Shown here in pieces: positions 1 to 10,700 of a stretch of 64,000 nucleotides of DNA. Each line of letters starts with the position of its first letter. Within the stretch, counting starts at the first letter, position 1. The DNA lies in assembly GCA_964016885.1 (NCBI GenBank), contig OZ024742.1, forward strand, positions 167,524,001-167,588,000, in the 5' to 3' direction. The notes below the pieces were generated by a model. It worked only from the letters and a program-made list of their open reading frames with translations, had not been told where the DNA came from and ran no database searches. The stretch comes from Eledone cirrhosa. Lineage: Eukaryota. The position numbers and the translations under genes were made by a program.

Positions 1-177
1 AGGGGAGATAATTTCCAGCCGTCCAAGGGAAGATAATTTCAAGCCCTCCAAGGGGCTATAATTTCCAGTGTCCAAGGGGAGATAATTTCCAGCCAGCGAA
101 GGGGAGATAATTTTTTTTTTTAAATCAGGGGGAGATTTGTACAAAAAATCAGGGGGAGATAATTTGTAAAAAAAATC

Positions 178-275
178 AAAGGGAGATAATTTCCAGCCGT
201 CCAAAGAGAGATAATTTCTAGCCGTCCAAGGGGAGATATTTCGAGCCAAGGGGAGATAATTTCCAGCCGTCCAAG
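178..275 (+). repeat. A-cassette III with a 21-bp truncated monomer
   Basis: CCAAAGAGAGATAATTTCTA followed by the short unit TTTC(C/G)AGCCAAGG. Recurs at ~6380, 17670, 21140, 33600, 36910, 43480, 63690. Confidence 0.92.
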
Positions 276-339
276 GGGAGATAATTTTTTAAAAAATCAG
301 GTGGAGATAATTTGTAAAAAAAATCAGGGGGAGATAATT

Positions 340-510
340 TGTAAAAACAATATCAAGGGCAGATAATTTCCAGCTGTCCAAGGGGAGATAATTTCCAGCC
401 GTGCAAGGGGAGATAATTTCCAGCCGTCCAAGGGGAGATAATTTCCATCCTTCCAAGGGGAGATAATTTCCAGCCGTCCAAGGGGAGATAATTTCCCGCC
501 AGCCAAGGGA
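340..510 (+). repeat. A-cassette IV
   Basis: AAAAACAA(A/T)ATCAAGGGCAG / CCAGCTGTCC / CCGTGCAAGG / CCAT(C/A)CTTCC / CCCGCCAGCCAAGGGAAG. Follows cassette III at ~6540, 17830, 21270, 33760, 37070, 42840, 63850. Confidence 0.92.
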
Positions 511-1469
511 AGATAATTTTTTAAAAAATCAGGCGGAGATTGTAAAAAAAATCAGGGGGAGATAATTTGTAAAAAAATCAGGGGGAGATAATTTCCAGCT
601 GTCCAAGGGGAGGTAATATCTAGCCGTCCAAGGGGAGATAATTTCCAGCCGTCCAAGGGGAGATAAATTCCATCCGTCCAAGGGTAGATAATATCCAGCC
701 GTCCAAGGAGACATATTTTCCAGCCGTCCAAGGAGAGGTAATTTCTAGCCGTCCAAGTGGAGATAAATTCCAGCCTCCAAGGGGAGATAATTTCCAGCCA
801 GCCAAGGGGAGATAATTTGTAAAAAAATCAGGGGGAGATAATTTGTAAAAAAAATCAGGGGGAGATAATTTGTAAAAAAAAATCAGGGGGAGATAATTTG
901 TAAAAAAAATCAGGGGGAGATAATTTGTAAAAAAAATCAAGGGGAGATAATTTCCAGCCGTCCAAGGAGAGATAATTTTAAAAAAAAATCAGGCGGAGAT
1001 AATTTGTAAAAAAAAATCAGGGGGAGATAATTTGTAAAAAAAAATCAGGGGGAGATAATTTGTAAAAAAAATCAAGGGGAGATAATTTCCAGCCGTCCAA
1101 GGGGAGATAATTTTCAGCCGTCCAAGGGGAGATAATTTCCAGCCGTCCAAGGGGAGATAATTTTAAAAAAAAATCAGGCGGAGATAATTTGTAAAAAAAA
1201 TCAAGGGGAGATAATTTGCAACCGTCCAAGGGGACATAATTTTCAGTCGTCCAAGGAGAGGTAATTTCTAGCCGTACAAGGGGAGATAATTTCCAGCCGT
1301 CCAAGGGGAGATAATTTCCAGCCGTCCAAGGGGAGATAATTTTTTTTTAAAAATCAGGCGGAGATAATTTGTAAAAAAAAAATCAGGGGGAGATAATTTG
1401 TAAAAAAAAATCAGGGGGAGATAATTTGTAAAAAAAAATCAGGGGGAGATAATTTGTAAAAAAAATCAA

Positions 1470-1575
1470 GGGGAGATAATTTCCAGCCGTCCAAGGGAAG
1501 ATAATTTCCAGCCCTCCAAGGGGCTATAATTTCCAGCGTCCAAGGGGAGATAATTTCCAGCCAGCGAAGGGGAGA
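1470..1575 (+). repeat. A-cassette II
   Basis: Order GGGAAGATAATTTC(C/A)AGC(C/A)CTCC / GGGGCTATAATTTCCAG(C/T)GTCC (24-bp unit) / CCAGCCAGCGAAGG. Recurs at ~1, 6200, 7710, 14870, 15050, 21000, 63530. Confidence 0.93.
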
Positions 1576-1659
1576 TAATTGTTTAAAAAAAATCATTGGG
1601 AGATTTGTAAAAAAAATCAGGGGGAGATAATTAATAAAAAAAATCAAGGGGAGATAATT

Positions 1660-1870
1660 TCCAGCCGTCCAAGGGGAGGTAATATCTAGCCGTCCAAGGG
1701 GAGATAATTTCCAGCCGTCCAAGGGGAGATAATTTCCAGCCGTCCAAGGGTAGATAATATCCAGCCGTCCAAGGAGACATATTTTCCAGCCGTCCAAGGA
1801 GAGGTAATTTCTAGCCGTCCAAGGGGAGATAAATTCCAGCCTCCAAGGGGAGATAATTTCCAGCCAGCCA
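1660..1870 (+). repeat. A-cassette I (recurrent ordered variant block)
   Basis: Fixed order GGAGGTAATATCTA / .. / GGGTAGATAATATCC / G(G/T)AGACAT(AT)TTTCC / GGAGAGGTAATTTCTA / GATAAATTCCAGCCTCC / CCAGCCAGCC. Recurs dozens of times, e.g. ~600, 2400, 2710, 4610, 6840, 34440, 62570. Confidence 0.93.
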
Positions 1871-2978
1871 AGGGGAGATAATTTGTAAAAAAATCAGGGG
1901 GAGATAATTTGTAAAAAAAATCAGGGGTAGATAATTTGTAAAAAAAAATCAGGGGGAGATAATTTGTAAAAAAAAATCAGGGGGAGATAATTTGTAAAAA
2001 AAATCAAGGGGAGATAATTTCCAGCCGTCCAAGGAGAGATAATTTTAAAAAAAAATCAGGCGGAGATAATTTGTAAAAAAAAATCAGGGGGAGATAATTT
2101 GTAAAAAAAAATCAGGGGGAGATAATTTGTAAAAAAAATCAAGGGGAGATAATTTCCAGCCGTCCAAGGGGAGATAATTTCCAGCCGTCCAAGGGGAGAT
2201 AATTTTTTTAAAAAAATCAGGCGGAGATAATTTGTAAAAAAAATCAGGGGGAGATAATTTGTAAAAAAAAATCAGGGGGAGATAATTTGTAAAAAAAAAT
2301 CAGGGGGAGATAATTTCCAGCCGTCCAAGGTAACATAATTTCCAGCCCTCCAAGGGGCTATAATTTCCAGCATCCAAGGGGAGATAATTTCCAGCCGTCC
2401 AAGGGTAGATAATATCCAGCCGTCCAAGTAGACATATTTTCCAGCCGTCCAAGGAGAGGTAATTTCTAGCCGTCCAAGGGGAGATAAATTCCAGCCTCCA
2501 AGGGGAGATAATTTCCAGCCAGCCAAGGGGAGATAATTTGTAAAAAAATCAGGGGGAGATAATTTGTAAAAAAAATCAGGGGGAGATAATTTGTAAAAAA
2601 AAATCAGGGGGAGATAATTTGTAAAAAAAAATCAGGGGGAGATAATTTGTAAAAAAAAATCAGGGGGAGATAATTTCCAGCCGTCCAAGGGGAGATAATT
2701 TCCAGCCGTCCAAGGGTAGATAATATCCAGCCGTCCAAGTAGACATTTTCCAGCCGTCCAAGGAGGGGTAATTTCTAGCCGTCCAAGGGGAGATAAATTC
2801 CAGCCTCCAAGGGAAGATAATTTCCAGCCAGCCAAGGGGAGATAATTTGTAAAAAAATCAGGGGGAGATAATTTGTAAAAAAAATCAGGGGGAGATAATT
2901 TGTAAAAAAAAATCAGGGGGAGATAATTTGTAAAAAAAATCAGGGGGAGATAATTTGTAAAAAAAATCAAGGGGAGAT

Positions 2979-3170
2979 AATTTCCAGCCGTCCAAGGGGA
3001 GATAATTTTCAGCCGTCCAAGGGGAGATAATTTCCAGCCGTCCAAGGGGAGATAATTTCCATCCTTCCAAGGGGAGATAATTTCCAGCCGTCCAAGGGGA
3101 GATAATTTTCAGCCGTCCAAGGGGAGATAATTTCCAGCCGTCCAAGGGGAGATAATTTCCAGCCGTCCAA
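2979..3170 (+). repeat. Example type A block: 25-bp monomer AAGGGGAGATAATTTCCAGCCGTCC
   Basis: About 8 consecutive 25-bp units with single-base variants (TTTTCAGCC, CCATCCTTCC). Confidence 0.97.
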
Positions 3171-4148
3171 GGGGAAATAATTTTTTTAAAAAAATCAGGC
3201 GGAGATAATTTGTAAAAAAAATCAGGGGGAGATAATTTGTAAAAAAAAATCAGGGGGAGATAATTTGTAAAAAAAAATCAGGGGGAGATAATTTCCAGCC
3301 GTCCAAGGTAAGATAATTTCCAGCCCTCCAAGGGGCTATAATTTCCAGCATCCAAGGGGAGATAATTTCCAGCCGTCCAAGGGTAGATAATATCCAGCCG
3401 TCCAAGTAGACATATTTTCCAGCCGTCCAAGGAGAGGTAATTTCTAGCCGTCCAAGGGGAGATAAATTCCAGCCTCCAAGGGGAGATAATTTCCAGCCAG
3501 CCAAGGGGAGATAATTTGTAAAAAAATCAGGGGGAGATAATTTGTAAAAAAAATCAGGGGGAGATAATTTGTAAAAAAAAATCAGGGGGAGATAATTTGT
3601 AAAAAAAAATCAGGGGGAGATAATTTGTAAAAAAAAATCAGGGGGAGATAATTTCCAGCCGTCCAAGGGGAGATAATTTTCAGCCGTCCAAGGGTAGATA
3701 ATATCCAGCCGTCCAAGTAGACATTTTCCAGCCGTCCAAGGAGAGGTAATTTCTAGCCGTCCAAGGGGAGATAAATTCCAGCCTCCAAGGGGAGATAATT
3801 TCCAGCCAGCCAAGGGGAGATAATTTGTAAAAAAATCAGGGGGAGATAATTTGTAAAAAAAAATCAGGGGGAGATAATTTGTAAAAAAAAATCAGGGGGA
3901 GATAATTTGTAAAAAAAAATCAGGGGGAGATAATTTGTAAAAAAAATCAAGGGGAGATAATTTCCAGCCCTCCAAGGGGAGATAATTTTCAGCCGTCCAA
4001 GGGGAGATAATTTCCAGCCGTCCAAGGGGAGATAATTTCCATCCTTCCAAGGGGAGATAATTTCCAGCCGTCCAAGGGGAGATAATTTTCAGTCGTCCAA
4101 GGGGAGATAATTTCCCGCCAGCCAAGGGAAGATAATATTTTAAAAAAT

Positions 4149-4399
4149 CAGGCGGAGATAATTTGTAAAAAAAATCAGGGGGAGATAATTTGTAAAAAAA
4201 TCAGGGGGAGATAATTTGTAAAAAAAAAATCAGGGGGAGATAATTTGTAAAAAAAATCAGGGGGAGATAATTTGTAAAAAAAAAATCAGGGGTAGATAAT
4301 TTGTAAAAAAAAATCAGGGGGAGATAATTTGTAAAAAAAAAATCAGGGGGAGATAATTTGTAAAAAAAATCAGGGGGAGATAATTTGTAAAAAAAAATC
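4149..4399 (+). repeat. Example type B block: 26-29-bp monomer AGGGGGAGATAATTTGT(A)7-10TC
   Basis: About 9 consecutive units differing mainly in A-tract length, plus GGCGG and GGGGT variants. Confidence 0.97.
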
Positions 4400-7300
4400 A
4401 GGGGGAGATAATTTCCAGCCGTCCAAGGGGAGATAATTTTCAGCCGTCCAAGGGGAGATAATTTCCCGCCAGCCAAGGGAAGATAATATTTAAAAAAATC
4501 AGGCGGAGATAATTTGTAAAAAAAATCAGGGGGAGATAATTTGTAAAAAAATCAGGGGGAGATAATTTGTAAAAAAAATCAAGGGGAGATAATTTCCAGC
4601 CGTCCAAGGGGAGGTAATATCTAGCCGTCCAAGGGGAGATAATTTCCAGCCGTCCAACAGGAGATAATTTCCAGCCGTCCAAGGGTAGATAATATCCAGC
4701 CGTCCAAGGAGACATATTTTCCAGCCGTCCAAGGAGAGGTAATTTCTAGCCGTCCAAGGGGAGATAAATTCCAGCCTCCAAGGGGAGATAATTTCCAGCC
4801 AGCCAAGGGGAGATAATTTGTAAAAAAAATCAGGGGGAGATAATTTGTAAAAAAAATCAGGGGGAGATAATTTGTAAAAAAAAATCAGGGGGAGATAATT
4901 TGTAAAAAAAATCAGGGTGAGATAATTTGTAAAAAAAAATAAAGGGGAGATAATTTCCAGCCGTCCAAGGGGAGATAATTTTCAGCCGCCCAAGGGGAGA
5001 TAATTTTCCGCCAGCCAAGGGAAGATAATATTTAAAAAATCAGGCGGAGATAATTTGTAAAAAAAATCAGGGGGAGATAATTTGTAAAAAAATCAGGGGG
5101 AGATAATTTGTAAAAAAAAAATCAGGGGGAGATAATTTGTAAAAGAAATCAGGGGGAGATGATTTGTAAAAAAAAATCAGGGGTAGATAATTTGTAAAAA
5201 AAAATCAGGGGGAGATAATTTGTAAAAAAAAATCAGGGGGAGATAATTTGTAAAAAAAATCAAGGGGAGATAATTTCCAGCCGTCGAAGGGAAGATAATT
5301 TCCAGCCCTCCAAGGGGCAATAATTTCCAGCGTCCAAGGGGAGATAATTTCCAGCCGTCCAAGGGGAGATAATTTCCAGCCGTCCAAGGATAGATAATAT
5401 CCAGCCGTCCAAGTAGACATTTTCCAGCCGTCCAAGGAGAGGTAATTTCTAGCCGTCCAAGGGGAGATAAATTCCAGCCTCCAAGGGAAGATAATTTCCA
5501 GCCAGCCAAGGGGAGATAATTTGTAAAAAAATCAGGGGGAGATAATTTGTAAAAAAAAATCAGGGGGAGATAATTTGTAAAAAAAAATCAGGGGGAGATA
5601 ATTTGTAAAAAAAATCAGGGGGAGATAATTTGTAAAAAAAATCAAGGGGAGATAATTTCCAGCCGTCCAAGGGGAGATAATTATCAGCCGTCCAAGGGGA
5701 GATAATTTCCAGCCGTCCAAGGGGAGATAATTTCCATCCTTCCAAGGGGAGATAATTTCCAGCCGTCCAAGGGGAGATAATTTTCAGCCGTCCAAGGGGA
5801 GATAATTTCCCGCCAGCCAAGGGAAGATAATATTTTAAAAAATCAGGCGGAGATAATTTGTAAAAAAAATCAGGGGGAGATAATTTGTAAAAAAATCAGG
5901 GGGAGATAATTTGTAAAAAAAAAATCAGGGGGAGATAATTTGTAAAAAAAATCAGGGGGAGATAATTTGTAAAAAAAAATCAGGGGTAGATAATTTGTAA
6001 AAAAAAATCAGGGGGAGATAATTTGTAAAAAAAAAATCAGGGGGAGATAATTTGTAAAAAAAATCAAGGGGAGATAATTTCCAGCCGTCCAAGGAGAGAT
6101 AATTTTTTAAAAAAATCAGGCGGAGATAATTTGTAAAAAAAATCAAGGGGAGATAATTTGTAAAAAAAAATCAGGGGGAGATAATTTGTAAAAAAAATCA
6201 AGGGGAGATAATTTCCAGCCGTCCAAGGGAAGATAATTTCCAGCACTCCAACGGGCTATAATTTGCAGTGTCCAAGGGGAGATAATTTCCAGCCAGCGAA
6301 GGGGAGATAATTTTTTTAAAAAAATCAGGGGGAGATATGTAAAAAAAATCAGAGGGAGATAATTTCTAAAAAAAATCAAAGGGAGATAATTTCCAGCCGT
6401 CCAAAGAGAGATAATTTCTAGCCGTCCAAGGGGAGATAATTTCCAGCCAAGGGGAGATAATTTCCAGCCGTCCAAGGGGAGATAATTATTTAAAAAATCA
6501 GGTGGAGATAATTTGTAAAAAAAATCAGGGGGAGATAATTTGTAAAAACAAAATCAAGGTCAGATAATTTCCAGCTGTCCAAGGGGAGATAATTTCCAGC
6601 CGTGCAAGGGGAGATAATTTCCAGCCGTCCAAGGGGAGATAATTTCCATCCTTCCAAGGGGAGATAATTTCCAGCCGTCCAAGGGGAGATAATTTCCCGC
6701 CAGCCAAGGAAAGATAATTTTTTAAAAAATCAGGCGGAGATTGTAAAAAAAATCAGGGGGAGATAATTTGTAAAAAAATCAGGAGGAGATAATTTGTAAA
6801 AAAATCAAGGGGAGATAATTTCCAGCTGTCCAAGGGGAGGTAATATCTAGCCGTCCAAGGGGAGATAATTTTCAGCCGTCCAAGGGGAGATAATTTCCAG
6901 CCGTCCAAGGGTAGATAATATCCAGCCGTCCAAGGAGACATATTTTCCAGCCGTCCAAGGAGAGGTAATTTCTAGCCGTCCAAGTGGAGATAAATTCCAG
7001 CCTCCAAGGGGAGATAATTTCCAGCCAGCCAAGGGGAGATAATTTGTAAAAAAATCAGGGGGAGATAATTTGTAAAAAAAATCAGGGGGAGATAATTTGT
7101 AAAAAAAAATCAGGGGGAGATAATTTGTAAAAAAAATCAGGGGGAGATAATTTGTAAAAAAAATCAAGGGGAGATAATTTCCAGCCGTCCAAGGAGAGAT
7201 AATTTAAAAAAAAAATCAGGCGGAGATAATTTGTAAAAAAAAATCAGGGGGAGATAATTTGTAAAAAAAAATCAGGGGGAGATAATTTGTAAAAAAAATC

Positions 7301-7739
7301 AAGGGGAGATAATTTCCAGCCGTCCAAGGGGAGATAATTTTCAGCCGTCCAAGGGGAGATAATTTCCAGCCGTCCAAGGGGAGATAATTTAAAAAAAAAA
7401 TCAGGCGGAGATAATTTGTAAAAAAAATCAAGGGTAGATAATTTGCAACCGTCCAAGGGGACATAATTTTCAGTCGTCCAAGGAGAGGTAATTTCTAGCC
7501 GTACAAGGGGAGATAATTTCCAGCCGTCCAAGGGGAGATAATTTCCAGCCGTCCAAGGGGAGATAATTTTTTTTTAAAAATCAGGCGGAGATAATTTGTA
7601 AAAAAAAAATCAGGGGGAGATAATTTGTAAAAAAAAATCAGGGGGAGATAATTTGTAAAAAAAAATCAGGGGGAGATAATTTGTAAAAAAAATCAAGGGG
7701 AGATAATTTCCAGCCGTCCAAGGGAAGATAATTTCCAGC

Positions 7740-10700
7740 CCTCCAAGGGGCTATAATTTCCAGCGTCCAAGGGGAGATAATTTCCAGCCAGCGAAGGGGA
7801 GATAATTGTTTTAAAAAAATCATTGGGAGATTTGTAAAAAAAATCAGGGGGAGATAATTAATAAAAAAAATCAAGGGGAGATAATTCCCAGCCGTCCAAG
7901 GGGAGGTAATATCTAGCCGTCCAAGGGGAGATAATTTCCAGCCGTCCAAGGGGAGATAATTTCCAGCCGTCCAAGGGTAGATAATATCCAGCCGTCCAAG
8001 GAGACATATTTTCCAGCCGTCCAAGGAGAGGTAATTTCTAGCCGTCCAAGGGGAGATAAATTCCAGCCTCCAAGGGGAGATAATTTCCAGCCAGCCAAGG
8101 GGAGATAATTTGTAAAAAAATCAGGGGGAGATAATTTGTAAAATAAATCAGGGGTAGATAATTTGTAAAAAAAAATCAGGGGGAGATAATTTGTAAAAAA
8201 AAATCAGGGGGAGATAATTTGTAAAAAAAATCAAGGGGAGATAATTTCCAGCCGTCCAAGGAGAGATAATTTAAAAAAAAAATCAGGCGGAGATAATTTG
8301 TAAAAAAAAATCAGGGGGAGATAATTTGTAAAAAAAAATCAGGGGGAGATAATTTGTAAAAAAAATCAAGGGGAGATAATTTCCAGCCGTCCAAGGGGAG
8401 ATAATTTCCAGCCGTCCAAGGGGAAATAATTTTTTTAAAAAAATCAGGCGGAGATAATTTGTAAAAAAAATCAGGGGGAGATAATTTGTAAAAAAAAATC
8501 AGGGTGAGATAATTTGTAAAAAAAAATCAGGGGGAGATAATTTCCAGCCGTCCAAGGTAAGATAATTTCCAGCCCTCCAAGGGGCTATAATTTCCAGCAT
8601 CCAAGGGGAGATAATTTCCAGCCGTCCAAGGGTAGATAATATCCAGCCGTCCAAGTAGACATATTTTCCAGCCGTCCAAGGAGAGGTAATTTCTAGCCGT
8701 CCAAGGGGAGATAAATTCCAGCCTCCAAGGGGAGATAATTTCCAGCCAGCCAAGGGGAGATAATTTGTAAAAAAATCAGGGGGAGATAATTTGTAAAAAA
8801 AATCAGGGGGAGATAATTTGTAAAAAAAAATCAGGGGGAGATAATTTGTAAAAAAAAATCAGGGGGAGATAATTTGTAAAAAAAAATCAGGGGGAGATAA
8901 TTTCCAGCCGTCCAAGGGGAGATAATTTTCAGCCGTCCAAGGGTAGATAATATCCAGCCGTCCAAGTAGACATTTTCCAGCCGTCCAAGGAGAGGTAATT
9001 TCTAGCCGTCCAAGGGGAGATAAATTCCAGCCTCCAAGGGAAGATAATTTCCAGCCAGCCAAGGGGAGATAATTTGTAAAAAAATCAGGGGGAGATAATT
9101 TGTAAAAAAAATCAGGGGGAGATAATTTGTAAAAAAAAATCAGGGGGAGATAATTTGTAAAAAAAATCAGGGGGAGATAATTTGTAAAAAAAATCAAGGG
9201 GAGATAATTTCCAGCCGTCCAAGGGGAGATAATTTTCAGCCGTCCAAGGGGAGATAATTTCCAGCCGTCCAAGGGGAGATAATTTCCATCCTTCCAAGGG
9301 GAGATAATTTCCAGCCGTCCAAGGGGAGATAATTTTCAGCCGTCCAAGGGGAGATAATTTCCAGCCGTCCAAGGGGAGATAATTTCCAGCCGTCCAAGGG
9401 GAAATAATTTTTTTAAAAAAATCAGGCGGAGATAATTTGTAAAAAAAATCAGGGGGAGATAATTTGTAAAAAAAAATCAGGGGGAGATAATTTGTAAAAA
9501 AAAATCAGGGGGAGATAATTTCCAGCCGTCCAAGGTAAGATAATTTCCAGCCCTCCAAGGGGCTATAATTTCCAGCATCCAAGGGGAGATAATTTCCAGC
9601 CGTCCAAGGGTAGATAATATCCAGCCGTCCAAGTAGACATATTTTCCAGCCGTCCAAGGAGAGGTAATTTCTAACCGTCCAAGGGGAGATAAATTCCAGC
9701 CTCCAAGGGGAGATAATTTCCAGCCAGCCAAGGGGAGATAATTTGTAAAAAAATCAGGGGGAGATAATTTGTAAAAAAAATCAGGGGGAGATAAATTGTA
9801 AAAAAAAATCAGGGGGAGATAATTTGTAAAAAAAAATTAGGGGGAGATAATTTGTAAAAAAAAATCAGGGGGAGATAATTTCCAGCCGTCCAAGGGGAGA
9901 TAATTTTCAGCCGTCCAAGGGTAGATAATATCCAGCCGTCCAAGTAGACATTTTCCAGCCGTCCAAGGAGAGGTAATTTCTAGCCGTCCAAGGGGAGATA
10001 ATTTTCAGTCGTCCAAGGGGAGATAATTTCCCGCCAGCCAAGGGAAGATAATATTTTTAAAAATCAGGCGGAGATAATTTGTAAAAAAAATCAGGGGGAG
10101 ATAATTTGTAAAAAAATCAGGGGGAGATAATTTGTAAAAAAAAAATCAGGGGGAGATAATTTGTAAAAAAAATCAGGGGGAGATAATTTGTAAAAAAAAA
10201 ATCAGGGGTAGATAATTTGTAAAAAAAAATCAGGGGGAGATAATTTGTAAAAAAAAAATCAGGGGGAGATAATTTGTAAAAAAATCAGGGGGAGATAATT
10301 TGTAAAAAAAAATCAGGGGGAGATAATTTCCAGCCGTCCAAGGGGAGATAATTTTCAGCCGTCCAAGGGGAGATAATTTCCCGCCAGCCAAGGGAAGATA
10401 ATATTTAAAAAAATCAGGCGGAGATAATTTGTAAAAAAAATCAGGGGGAGATAATTTGTAAAAAAATCAGGGGGAGATAATTTGTAAAAAAAATCAAGGG
10501 GAGATAATTTCCAGCCGTCCAAGGGGAGGTAATATCTAGCCGTCCAAGGGGAGATAATTTCCAGCCGTCCAACAGGAGATAATTTCCAGCCGTCCAAGGG
10601 TAGATAATATCCAGCCGTCCAAGGAGACATATTTTCCAGCCGTCCAAGGAGAGGTAATTTCTAGCCGTCCAAGGGGAGATAAATTCCAGCCTCCAAGGGG

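Noticed and set aside
2-16. NF-kB/Rel site (GGG...TTTCC)
   Set aside because: Spacing is longer than the 10-11-bp GGGRNNYYCC consensus; resemblance only.
4149-4399. G-quadruplex array from G4-5 runs
   Set aside because: The runs are separated by ~21-23 nt, far beyond canonical loop lengths. Not supportable without experiment.
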